Of a stretch of DNA of 64,000 bases, positions 32,946 through 42,015 are shown one piece after another (the stretch's first letter is position 1; every line of letters begins with the position of its first letter). The stretch covers positions 8,694-72,693 of the forward strand of contig NZ_WHTD01000016.1 of assembly GCF_009379765.1 (NCBI RefSeq), written 5' to 3'. The notes beneath the pieces are model-generated. The model worked only from the letters and a program-made list of their open reading frames with translations, did not search any database and was not told the origin of the DNA. Position numbers and translations under genes: made by a program. This DNA comes from Actinophytocola sp. (GTDB lineage: Bacteria; Actinomycetota; Actinomycetes; Mycobacteriales; Pseudonocardiaceae).

Positions 32946-33519
32946 TCTCCCTGGTTGTCAAGCCGGTAGCCCGCCAGCTCGAACGGACAAGTACCCCAGT
33001 GAGGACGCCGACCCACCGGGCGCCCCCAGCGGTCGCACACCCATGCAGCTCCACTCCCCAGCTCCCACTGCCGGGAAGCACGCGCAAGAACATTCGGGCG
33101 CGCTCCTTAACCGCTTCGATGAACCTCTACCTCTTCTGTGGCCACAGAAGGTAGCGGAGTCTACCCGTGGATGTAAGCCCTCCGGACGGATGGTCACACA
33201 TCAGGGTCTAAAAAGTCACACCCAGACAACAATTTTTCTCGATCGGTCTAGCTTGCGACCGCCACCAACGGGTGATAGAGATCCCTTACAGTAGCCGCGT
33301 GATCGCAGGTCGTGACGTCTGTTTGTCACCAACATCCACTCTCCGCATCTCAGACGGCTCCTGACATGCCGAGATTCACCCGGAGTCATCACCTGGATAG
33401 CAGAACACGGGCACTGATTGTGACGTCGGGGAGACACTCTCTAGAGTGGCGACCTGGTGTACGGGGCACCACCCATGTTGGCTTTTCACGACAACCCTCA
33501 CCCATGAGGAGAGGCTCCA

Positions 33520-34557
33520 ATGCCGAACGGCGTCACCGGGCGCGGTCTCCGCTCCCGTCTTCCCATAGTCGCGACCGCGTTGACGCTGGTCACGACACTG
33601 ACAAGCTGCGGCCTGCTAGGCGGCTCCGATGAGGAGTCCGAGCCCACCGGGACCGGCGGCAGCGGCCCGGAGAAGGCCTCCATCAAGGTCTCGATCATGA
33701 AGACCACCGACCTCGCGCCGTTCCACCTGGCGATGAAGGAAGGCTTCTTCAAGGACGAAGGCCTCAACATCGAGTTCGTCCAGGCACCCAGTGGTGGCGA
33801 GTCGGTGACCAAGCTGGTCGCCGGCGAGGTCGACATCGCCTACGCCAGCTACACCCCCTTCTTCCTGGCCGAGAGCAAGGGCGCGGCGCAGAAGAACGAC
33901 GGCATCAAGATCGTCGCCGACGCCTCCTCGGCAGGTCCGGGCAGCACGATGGTCGTGGCAACGCCGGACTCGTCGGTCAAGTCCGTCAAGGACATGGCCG
34001 GCAAGCGGGTCGCGGTCACCGCCACCGGCACCATCTCCGACCTGCTCACGATGTCGACGCTCAAGACCAACGGCGTGGACTACTCGAGCATCAAGTGGGT
34101 GAACACCCCCTTCCCGGACACCGCGAAGCGGTTGAAGGCCAAGGAGGTGGACGCGGCGTTCGTCACCGAGCCGTTCATCCAGGACGCGATGAAGAATGCG
34201 GGCGCGCAGCCGATCTTCGACACCGCCGTCGGCCCGACCGCTGACATGCCGACCGCTGGCTGGGGTTCGACCGGCAAGTTCGTCAAGGAGAACCCGAACA
34301 CCATCGCCGCGTTCCAGCGCGCGATGCAGAAGGGCACCGACCTCGCGCTGTCCGACCGTTCGCTGGTCGAGCCGCTGCTGGTCGAGTTCTCCGGCGTCGA
34401 CGAGGACACCGCGAAGATGGCGACCCTGCTGACCTTCCAGTCCAAGCTCGACGCGACCCGCATCCAGCGGGTGCCGGACCTGATGCTGGAGTTCGGCGTC
34501 ATCAAGAACACGCTCGACGCGTCGAAGATGGTCATCGCCTCGGCGCCTGCCAGCTGA
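33520..34557 (+). CDS. NitT/TauT-family ABC substrate-binding lipoprotein
   Basis: Lipobox LTSC; GFFKDEGLNIE; VDAAFVTEPF. Confidence 0.88.
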   Translation: MPNGVTGRGLRSRLPIVATALTLVTTLTSCGLLGGSDEESEPTGTGGSGPEKASIKVSIMKTTDLAPFHLAMKEGFFKDEGLNIEFVQAPSGGESVTKLVAGEVDIAYASYTPFFLAESKGAAQKNDGIKIVADASSAGPGSTMVVATPDSSVKSVKDMAGKRVAVTATGTISDLLTMSTLKTNGVDYSSIKWVNTPFPDTAKRLKAKEVDAAFVTEPFIQDAMKNAGAQPIFDTAVGPTADMPTAGWGSTGKFVKENPNTIAAFQRAMQKGTDLALSDRSLVEPLLVEFSGVDEDTAKMATLLTFQSKLDATRIQRVPDLMLEFGVIKNTLDASKMVIASAPAS

Positions 34558-34562
34558 GTTCG

Positions 34563-35336
34563 TTGCGTCCGATATATCGAAACCTGATCGGGCTGGTCGG
34601 CTTCTTCCTGATCTGGGAAGGAGCCGTCCGGCTCGACCTGATCGAGCGGGTCTTCCTGCCCACGCCGACAGACGTGTTCGCCACGCTCGCCGACCTGCTC
34701 GGTCAGGAGACCTTCGTCCGTGACGTGATCGCGACCGTCCTGGCGTGGCTCATCGCGCTGGCGGTCGCGATCGCGATCGCGGTCCCGGCGGGTCTGCTGC
34801 TCGGCAGCCTCCCGTCCGTCCGGATGGCGACCCGGGTGCTGGTGGAGTTCCTCCGCCCGATCCCCCCGGTCGCGCTCATCCCCCTGATCATCATGACGCT
34901 CGGCTCCGGACCCGAGGCGAAGGTCACGCTCGCCGTGTACGCGTCGGTGTGGCCGATCCTGTTCAACATCATCTACGCGCTCGACGACATCGACCCGCTG
35001 CTCGTGGACACCGCGCGGTCGTTCGGCAACAGCCGGCTGCGGGTCGCGGCCACGGTCGCCCTGCCGCACGCGGCGCCGTTCGCGTTCACGGGCCTGCGGC
35101 TGTCCGCGGCGATCGCGCTGATCGTGACCGTGTCGACGGAGTACCTGGCCGGCAGTGACCTGGGCGTCGGCGCGTTCATCATCAACGGGGCGAACAGCGT
35201 CGGGGCCATGGACGAGGTGCTCGCCGGCACGATCGTCATCGGCGCCGTCGGCTACCTGATCAACGAGGGCCTCGAACGGCTCGGCAACCGGATGTTCCGG
35301 TGGAGCGACACCACCCGTGCGGAGGCTCTGACGTGA
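34563..35336 (+). CDS. NitT/TauT-family ABC permease
   Basis: EFLRPIPPVALIPL, WPILFN, EAA-like loop. Confidence 0.9.
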   Translation: MRPIYRNLIGLVGFFLIWEGAVRLDLIERVFLPTPTDVFATLADLLGQETFVRDVIATVLAWLIALAVAIAIAVPAGLLLGSLPSVRMATRVLVEFLRPIPPVALIPLIIMTLGSGPEAKVTLAVYASVWPILFNIIYALDDIDPLLVDTARSFGNSRLRVAATVALPHAAPFAFTGLRLSAAIALIVTVSTEYLAGSDLGVGAFIINGANSVGAMDEVLAGTIVIGAVGYLINEGLERLGNRMFRWSDTTRAEALT

Positions 35337-35440
35337 GCGAGCTTGCGCGCGAACCATGGATACAGGGCGAGCTTGCGCGCGAACCATGGATACAGGGCGA
35401 CCGCGAGCGGCTCGACCGAGCCTGCGAGGGGGAGACGTGA
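35333..35440 (+). repeat. MIRU-like intercistronic element encoding a 35-aa bridging ORF
   Basis: 30-bp tandem duplication; GACGTGAG direct repeats at both ends; ORF overlaps the upstream stop and downstream start, both via GTGA. Confidence 0.7.
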
Positions 35441-36246
35441 GGCGGGTATCCGGCTTCGCCGTGCGGTGGATCGTGTTCGCGGTCGCCGTCGTGCTGTGGC
35501 AGCTCGCCACCCAGGCCGCCGACGACCCCTTCTTCCCGACCCCGTGGCAGATCCTGCGACGCTGCAACGAGCTGTGGCTCACGACCACCACCGGCGGCTT
35601 CGGGCTCGCCGACACGGTGTTCGACGACATCCTCCCGAGCATCGGCCGGGTGCTGCTCGGCTGGGCGCTCGCGGCCGTCATCGGCATCGTCATCGGCACC
35701 GCGCTCGGCCGGTCCAGGACCGGCATGGACTACGTCGGGCCGCTGTTCGCGTTCTTCCGGGCGCTGCCCTCGCCGGCGCTGCTGCCGGTGTTCCTGATCC
35801 TGTTCGGCATCGAGTCCGGCATGAAGCTCGCGCTGATCTTGTTCGCCGCGGTCTGGCCGATCCTGATGAACACGGTGGACGGGGTGCGCTCGGTCGACGC
35901 GGTGAAGACCGATACGGCCAAATCGTTTCGTACGCCGCGAACCCAGTGGGTGATGATGGTGGTGCTGCCGGCGGCGCTGCCCAAGATCTTCGCCGGGTTG
36001 CGGCTGAGCCTCGCGATCTCGGTGATCCTGATGGTGGTGTCCGAGATGGTCGGCGTCACCAGCGGCATCGGCTACCAGCTGCGCAACGCGCAGTCGCAGT
36101 TCGAGTTCACGACGATGTGGGCCTGGATCGTGCTGCTGGGCATCATCGGGTACGGGCTCAACCTCGCGCTGCTCGCCGTGGAGCGTCGCGCGCTTCGCTG
36201 GCAGCCCACGCGGGCCGCCGTACAGACCGCCAAGGTAGGAGGCTGA
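35437..36246 (+). CDS. NitT/TauT-family ABC permease
   Basis: FFRALPSPALLP, WPILMNT, LPAALPKIFAGLRL. Confidence 0.9.
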   Translation: MRRVSGFAVRWIVFAVAVVLWQLATQAADDPFFPTPWQILRRCNELWLTTTTGGFGLADTVFDDILPSIGRVLLGWALAAVIGIVIGTALGRSRTGMDYVGPLFAFFRALPSPALLPVFLILFGIESGMKLALILFAAVWPILMNTVDGVRSVDAVKTDTAKSFRTPRTQWVMMVVLPAALPKIFAGLRLSLAISVILMVVSEMVGVTSGIGYQLRNAQSQFEFTTMWAWIVLLGIIGYGLNLALLAVERRALRWQPTRAAVQTAKVGG

Positions 36247-36247
36247 C

Positions 36248-37132
36248 ATGCCGACCATGCTGGAGGTGCGCGACCTCGCGCACCGGTACGGCGCCGGGTC
36301 CGGCGCGCACGTGGCGGTGTCGGAGCTCACGTTCACCGTCGCCGAGGACGAGCTCGCGTGCATCGTGGGGCCGTCCGGGTGCGGCAAGTCGACGCTGCTC
36401 CGCTGCATCGCGGGGCTGATCAAGCCGTCCGCGGGCTCGGTGACCCTGCACGGCGACCCGGTGCTCGGCGTGCCGGACGACCTGGCGGTCGTGTTCCAGG
36501 ACTACAGCCGGTCGCTGTTCCCGTGGCTGTCGGTCCGCGGCAACGTCGAGTTTCCGCTGCGCACGAGGGTGTCCAGCCGGTCCGCGCGGCGGGCGCGGGC
36601 GCTGGAGGCGCTCGCGTGGGTCGGGCTCTCCGACGCCGCGGGCAAGTACCCGTGGCAGCTGTCGGGCGGCATGCAGCAACGGGTGTCGATCGCCAGGGCG
36701 CTGGCCTGCCAGCCGGCGCTGCTGCTGATGGACGAGCCGTTCGCCTCGGTGGACGCGCAGACCCGCGGCGAGCTGGAGGACCTGCTGCTGCGGGTCCGCC
36801 GGGAGCACGGGAGCACCGTGCTGCTGGTCACCCACGACATCGACGAGAGCGTCTACCTCGGTGACCGGGTACTGGTCCTGTCCCGCTCGCCCGCGTCGAT
36901 CATGGCGGACCTGACCGTGGACCTCCCGGCCGAGCGGGACCAGATCACGACCCGCGGGTCGGCCACGTTCGTGGAGCTGCGCACCGAGATCGCCCGCCTC
37001 CTGCACGACAGGACCCCGGTCGCCGGCGCGGAGCCGGCCGCCGTCGAGTCGGGCAGGTCGGAGAACGAACGTGCCGCGGAGCGCTTCCTCGATGCCGAGC
37101 GCGAAGAGGTCCGCCAGCGGTCCGCCCACTGA
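36248..37132 (+). CDS. NitT/TauT-family ABC ATPase
   Basis: GPSGCGKST, LSGGMQQR, LLMDEPF, VTHD. Confidence 0.93.
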   Translation: MPTMLEVRDLAHRYGAGSGAHVAVSELTFTVAEDELACIVGPSGCGKSTLLRCIAGLIKPSAGSVTLHGDPVLGVPDDLAVVFQDYSRSLFPWLSVRGNVEFPLRTRVSSRSARRARALEALAWVGLSDAAGKYPWQLSGGMQQRVSIARALACQPALLLMDEPFASVDAQTRGELEDLLLRVRREHGSTVLLVTHDIDESVYLGDRVLVLSRSPASIMADLTVDLPAERDQITTRGSATFVELRTEIARLLHDRTPVAGAEPAAVESGRSENERAAERFLDAEREEVRQRSAH

Positions 37133-37133
37133 C

Positions 37134-37208
37134 CCCGCGAGTCCAACCTCCAGGACCCGCGAGTCCAACACCCAGAACCCGCGAGTCCTACCTTCAGGAC
37201 TCGCGGGT
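37134..37208. repeat. 22-bp tandem repeat between convergent genes
   Basis: CCCGCGAGTCC at 37134/37156/37178 plus an inverted GGACTCGCGGG. Confidence 0.85.
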
Positions 37209-37215
37209 TCGGCCG

Positions 37216-38793
37216 TCAGTAGAGAACAGTCGGGTTCGGGTCCACGTGGACGTGGACCACCGTGGGGCGGTCGTCGGCCAGGGCGCTCGTCAGGGCCGAC
37301 TTCAGCTCGTGCGGGTGCTCGACCCGGTGGGTGTGGCAGCCCATGCTCGCCGCCAGCCCGGTGAAGTCGATCCCGCCAAGCTCGACGCCCGGCATCTTGC
37401 CGTTCTCCGGGCCGGCCAGGATGTCGACCGCCGCGTACTGGGCGTTGTCCACGATCACGAACGTCACCGGCAGGTGCTCGCGGGCCGCGGTCCACAAGGC
37501 CTGGATGCTGTACATGCTCGACCCGTCGCCGAGCACCGCGACCACCTTGCGGTCCGGCGCGCCGAGCGCCGCCCCGACCGCGGCCGGCAGGCCGTAGCCC
37601 AGCGCGCCGCCGCCCGTACTCAGCAAGCCCGTGCGCTTGGCCCGCACCGGCAGGTACTCCCGGCGCACCAGCAGGTGGCTCGGGATCTCCTCGACCAGCA
37701 GGACGTCCTCGGCGAGCTCGTCGGCCATCGTCGCGAAGACCCACTCGGCCGTGATCGGCACCGACTCCGGCGGGCGGGGCCTGCGGGTGCGGCCGGCGGG
37801 GACCGGCCGGGACGGCTCGGTCAGCGAGTCCGCCAGGGCACGGATCGCGGCACGCACGCCGGAGCGGATGCCGACGCCCACCCGGGCCCTGGCGAGCACC
37901 TGCTCGTCGTCGCTGACCAGGAACAGCGCGGGCAGCGTCCGGTCCGACGAGCCGCGGTACACGTGGTACAGGAACACCGGCGCGCCCAGCACGACCACGA
38001 GGTCGTGGCCGTGCAGCGCCTCGACGGTGCCGCGCTCCTCCGGCGGCAGGAAGCCCAGGAACTGCGGGTGGTCCTCCGGGAACGAGCTCCGCCACGACAT
38101 CGGGCTCGCCCACACCCCGGCCCGCACCCGCTCGGCGAGCTCGACCACGTCGGGTATCGCGCCCTCGGCGTCCACACCCGGGCCCACGACCAGCACCGGG
38201 TTGGTGGCGGCGGTCAGCGCGGACACCAGCTCGGCCAGTGCGGACGGGTCCGGCCCGAAGCCGGGGATCGCCGGGCGCACGGGCAGCGGGTCGGCCTCGG
38301 CGTCCCAGTCGTCGGCCGGGACCGACACGAACACCGGACCGAACGGCGGCTGGGTCGCGACGTGGTAGGCCCGCGCGATCGCCCCCGGCACGTCCTGCGC
38401 CCGCGCCGGCTCGACGGCCCATTTCACGTACGGGCGCGGGAAGCTCGGCGCGTCGAGGGCACCCAGGAACGGCTCCCCCGGCAGCAGCGAGCGCACCTGC
38501 TGGCCGGCCAGCACGATCATCGGGGTGTTGTTGCGGTACGCGGTGAACACGTGCCCGAGCCCGTGCCCGACCCCGCCTGCCGAGTGCAGGTTGACCAGGA
38601 CCGCCCGGCCACCGGCGTGCGCGTAGCCGTCGGCCATCGCGACGCAGATCGACTCCTGCAGGCCGAGCACGTACCGGAAGTCCTCGGGAAAGCCCCTGAG
38701 GAAACCGATTTCCGTGGTGCCCGGGTTCCCGAAGATCGTCGTCAGGCCCAATGAGCGCAACAGGTCCCTGGTGACGTCCCGAACCGTCGTCAT
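37216..38793 (-). CDS. mdlC: Benzoylformate decarboxylase-like ThDP enzyme
   Basis: FGNPGTTE, LGLQE, NLHSAGG.G, AGQQ.R, GDGSSMYSIQALW...N..Y. Confidence 0.85.
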   Translation of the reverse strand: MTTVRDVTRDLLRSLGLTTIFGNPGTTEIGFLRGFPEDFRYVLGLQESICVAMADGYAHAGGRAVLVNLHSAGGVGHGLGHVFTAYRNNTPMIVLAGQQVRSLLPGEPFLGALDAPSFPRPYVKWAVEPARAQDVPGAIARAYHVATQPPFGPVFVSVPADDWDAEADPLPVRPAIPGFGPDPSALAELVSALTAATNPVLVVGPGVDAEGAIPDVVELAERVRAGVWASPMSWRSSFPEDHPQFLGFLPPEERGTVEALHGHDLVVVLGAPVFLYHVYRGSSDRTLPALFLVSDDEQVLARARVGVGIRSGVRAAIRALADSLTEPSRPVPAGRTRRPRPPESVPITAEWVFATMADELAEDVLLVEEIPSHLLVRREYLPVRAKRTGLLSTGGGALGYGLPAAVGAALGAPDRKVVAVLGDGSSMYSIQALWTAAREHLPVTFVIVDNAQYAAVDILAGPENGKMPGVELGGIDFTGLAASMGCHTHRVEHPHELKSALTSALADDRPTVVHVHVDPNPTVLY

Positions 38794-40007
38794 GACTTGG
38801 CCCGGCTGTCGGGGCCCGTCTCGTCGAAGTTGATGACCGGGGCGATCTCGACGCCCAGCGCGCTCGCGCCGATGATCTTGCGGGCCGCCTGGTTGCCCAT
38901 CGGCATGAAGGTGCCGGCCTGGGCGTCGCGCCACATTCGCTCGTACGGGAGCTTGCGCGAGAAGCTCGCCCCGCCCAGCACGTCGACCAGCCTGCGCAGC
39001 ACCAGCGTCGCGTTGTTGCTCGCCACGTACTTCACCAGCGCGCAGCGGGCGATCCCCTCCTGCACACCGAGGTCGAACAGCCGCCGCGAGGCGACCTCCT
39101 CGGCGTGCCGGTAGTTGAGCGCGCGGGAGCTCTCGACGAGGATCTCGCACTCGCCGATAGTGTCCTGCACCAGCGGGTCGGTGCCCTTGCCGCGGGCCGC
39201 CAGCTGGGTGGCGGTCCACTCGAGCGCGCCGGCGGCGATGCCGGTGTAGACCGCCGCGAACGCGCCCATCGCCCACGACCACACGGTCTCGAAGACCCGC
39301 GCGTCGAGGTGGCCGACCGGCAGCGAGTGCACGACATCCTCGTCGGCGACGAACACGTCCTCGTAGCCGACGTCGTTGCTCTGCGTGCCGCGCATGCCCA
39401 TGGTGTCCCACGTCTGGTGGATCGTGACACCCGGATCGTTCAGCGCGACCCGGCACAGCACCAGCCGCGGGCCGCCCTCGGCCTCCTCGTAGCGGGCCGT
39501 CGTGGAGCAGTGCGTGGCCACCGCGGTGTTGGTGGCGTAGGCCTTGCGGCCGGTGAGCCGGAAGCCGCCGTCGACCTTGACCGCCACGGTCTTCGCGTCG
39601 GTCATGTCGTTGCGCATGCCGGGCTCGCTGGTGACCGACGCCCAGATCAGCTTGTCCTCCGCGGCCTGCTTGAGGAGGTCGGCGAGCCGCGGGTTCTTGG
39701 TGCGCCGCCAGACGCTGGCCCACTGGCCGATGGGTGAGATGTGCATCGCCACGGCGAGCGCGGTCGAGCCGTCACCCATGGCGAGCCGTTCCAGGACCGG
39801 CACCAGCTCCTCGAGCGAGGCGCCCTGGCCACCGAGCTCTGTGGGGACGGTGAGCCGCAGGAAACCCGCGGCACGCAGGTCGTCGTAGTTCTCGCGCGGG
39901 AACGTGTTGTCCCGGTCGTGCTCGGGCGCGCGCTCGGCGAACGTGTCCGCGAGCTTCCCTGCGATGTCGACGAGTTCTTGCTGACGTGGCGTGAGGCAGC
40001 GGTTCAC
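38790..40007 (-). CDS. Acyl-CoA dehydrogenase-fold flavoprotein
   Basis: EHDRDNTFP, STALAVAMH, LTGRKAYAT, WDTMGMRGTQSND, ERMWRDA. Confidence 0.85.
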   Translation of the reverse strand: MNRCLTPRQQELVDIAGKLADTFAERAPEHDRDNTFPRENYDDLRAAGFLRLTVPTELGGQGASLEELVPVLERLAMGDGSTALAVAMHISPIGQWASVWRRTKNPRLADLLKQAAEDKLIWASVTSEPGMRNDMTDAKTVAVKVDGGFRLTGRKAYATNTAVATHCSTTARYEEAEGGPRLVLCRVALNDPGVTIHQTWDTMGMRGTQSNDVGYEDVFVADEDVVHSLPVGHLDARVFETVWSWAMGAFAAVYTGIAAGALEWTATQLAARGKGTDPLVQDTIGECEILVESSRALNYRHAEEVASRRLFDLGVQEGIARCALVKYVASNNATLVLRRLVDVLGGASFSRKLPYERMWRDAQAGTFMPMGNQAARKIIGASALGVEIAPVINFDETGPDSRAKS

Positions 40008-40027
40008 CCGATCAAGCTACCTCACGG

Positions 40028-40069
40028 AAAACGTGTTCCCGCCCGAACCTCGGCTCGGGCGGGAACACG
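40028..40069 (-). terminator. Intrinsic terminator after the LppU-like genes
   Basis: 15-bp stem CGTGTTCCCGCCCGA/TCGGGCGGGAACACG followed by TTTT on the minus strand. Confidence 0.75.
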
Positions 40070-40088
40070 CTCGAATCCACCGGCCGAG

Positions 40089-40940
40089 CTAGCCCGCGTT
40101 GGCTCCCGCGGCCACCCGGCAGATGGTCTGCTTGGGGTCGGAGTAGACGAGCGCGTTGGGCGCGTCCTCCGGTCCGCAGTCCTCCGCCTTGCCCGTGTTG
40201 GTCACCTTGGAGACCTTGTAGTCCGCCGAGGCACAGTCGGCCCGGACGTCCTGCTGGGTGTCCTCCTTGAAGCATTCACCCACCTTGGCGTTGAGGGTGA
40301 GGCAGAGCTTGAACCCGTCCTCCTCGGTGTACTCGACGTAGTCACCTTCGGGGCACGAGTCGGTGTCGCTCTCCTTCTTGGCGCCGACCTTGTAGACCGC
40401 CTCCTGGGTGGTGCAGTCGATCTTCTCGATGTCGGCGTTGGTGGTGCTGGCGTTGTTGACCTTGATGCAGTCGCCGGTCTCCGCGCTGGACGCGGACTTG
40501 GTCTGCGACCAGATCACGCCGACGACGACGACGGCGAGCACCACGACACCGATGACGATCTTGATGACCTTGCTTTTGTCGCCCTTCTTGGGTGTGGGCG
40601 CGGCGGGCGCGCCGGCCGCCGGGAAGCTGCCCGGCGGCTGCTGGCCACCCTGCGAGCCGAACGACTGGCCGCCGGGCGGGGTCTGCGGCCCACCGGGACC
40701 ACCGGAGCCGCCACCGGGCGGACCGTACGGGCCGCCGGGACCACCCGGGCCGCCACCGGGACCACCCGGACCGCCGTAGCCCTGCTGACCGCCCTGCTGG
40801 CCGCCCGGGGGCGTCTGCGGCGGGCGACCGCCGCCGGGCGGGCCGTAGGGACCGGGCTGGCCGTAGGGGCCGCCCTGCTGGCCTCCCTGCGGCTGCTGGC
40901 CGTAAGGGCCGCCGGGCGGCGGATAGTTGGGGCTGTTCAT
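40089..40940 (-). CDS. LppU/SCO3897-like membrane-anchored protein
   Basis: G/P/Q-rich N-terminus, one TM helix, Cys-rich GDCIKV...LCLTLNAKVGECF domain. Confidence 0.75.
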   Translation of the reverse strand: MNSPNYPPPGGPYGQQPQGGQQGGPYGQPGPYGPPGGGRPPQTPPGGQQGGQQGYGGPGGPGGGPGGPGGPYGPPGGGSGGPGGPQTPPGGQSFGSQGGQQPPGSFPAAGAPAAPTPKKGDKSKVIKIVIGVVVLAVVVVGVIWSQTKSASSAETGDCIKVNNASTTNADIEKIDCTTQEAVYKVGAKKESDTDSCPEGDYVEYTEEDGFKLCLTLNAKVGECFKEDTQQDVRADCASADYKVSKVTNTGKAEDCGPEDAPNALVYSDPKQTICRVAAGANAG

Positions 40941-41089
40941 GAGCACCTCGCGGATCTCTGGTTGCCGACCAGATCAAGAGAGTCCTGTACGGAGAGCAGC
41001 AATGTACGCGGTGGCACCGACACGTGTGGGCGGAACCCGACGAACTGGTCGGAACGAACACCGTCCGTCATCGCGCGGTCGCGCAGATG

Positions 41090-41983
41090 TCAACCTGTTG
41101 CGGATCTACAGACCACCATCGGGGGTTCGGCATATGCCAGCGCGTTCTCCGCGTCGGCGCCGCACTGGCCGGGGTCCGCGCTTCCCTCGTGGACCGCGGA
41201 CACCGAGTAGCTCGCGTCCGCCGACCCGCACTCGACCCGCTTGTCCTCCTGCGAGGTCTCGTTGAAGCAGTCACCCTCCTTGGCGTTGAGGGTGAGACAG
41301 AGCTTGAAGCTGCCCGTCTCGGTGTACTCGACGTAGTCGCCCTCGGGGCAGTCCTCGGTGTCGCTGTCCCGCTTGACGCCGACCTTGTAGACGGCGAGCG
41401 GGTCGGCGCAGTCGATGGTCTCGATGTCGGCCGCGGTCGCGCTGGCGTTGTTGACCTTGATGCAGTCGCCGGCGTCGGTGGCCTCGCCCGGGTCCACCGG
41501 AGTGTCCTCTGTGGTCTCCTCGGTCGGCTCGGACTCGTCGCTCCCCGGCGCCGACTGCTCGGTGGTCTTCGAGCCGTCGGCGTCGCTCGGCGTGTCGTCG
41601 CCACGGGTCAGCACGAACACCCCGGCGCCCGCGCCGATGAGCACGAGCACGGCGATCACCACGATGATGATGGCGGTTTTGTTGTTCTTGGGCGGTTCGG
41701 GCGGTTCGTACTGCCCGAAGCCGCCGCCGGGCCGCTGGCCGGGCTGCTGGCCGTATGGTTGGCCGTAGGAATGCTGCTGGCCGTACGGTTGTTGCTGGCC
41801 GTAGGGCTGCTGTCCGCCGTAGGAGGGTTGCCCGCCGCCGTAGGGCTGGGTCGGCTGCTGGCCGTACCCGCCCGGCTGCTGCCCGTATCTGCCGGGTTGG
41901 CCCTGACCCGGCTGCTGGCCGTAGGGGTTGGGCTGATGCCCGTAGGGTCCTGGCTGTGACGACGGGTACGGCGGCGTTGTCAT
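41090..41983 (-). CDS. LppU/SCO3897-like membrane-anchored protein, paralog
   Basis: YGQQP repeats, TM helix, GDCIKVNNAS...LCLTLNAKEGDCF. Confidence 0.75.
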   Translation of the reverse strand: MTTPPYPSSQPGPYGHQPNPYGQQPGQGQPGRYGQQPGGYGQQPTQPYGGGQPSYGGQQPYGQQQPYGQQHSYGQPYGQQPGQRPGGGFGQYEPPEPPKNNKTAIIIVVIAVLVLIGAGAGVFVLTRGDDTPSDADGSKTTEQSAPGSDESEPTEETTEDTPVDPGEATDAGDCIKVNNASATAADIETIDCADPLAVYKVGVKRDSDTEDCPEGDYVEYTETGSFKLCLTLNAKEGDCFNETSQEDKRVECGSADASYSVSAVHEGSADPGQCGADAENALAYAEPPMVVCRSATG

Positions 41984-42015
41984 GATGGCAAATCTAGACG
42001 AGGAGACCGCGAGAC

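Noticed and set aside
41977-42001. PafBC/RecA-NDp-like promoter before XPB
   Set aside because: TTGTC is present but the spacing and -10 element (TAGACG) do not fit well.
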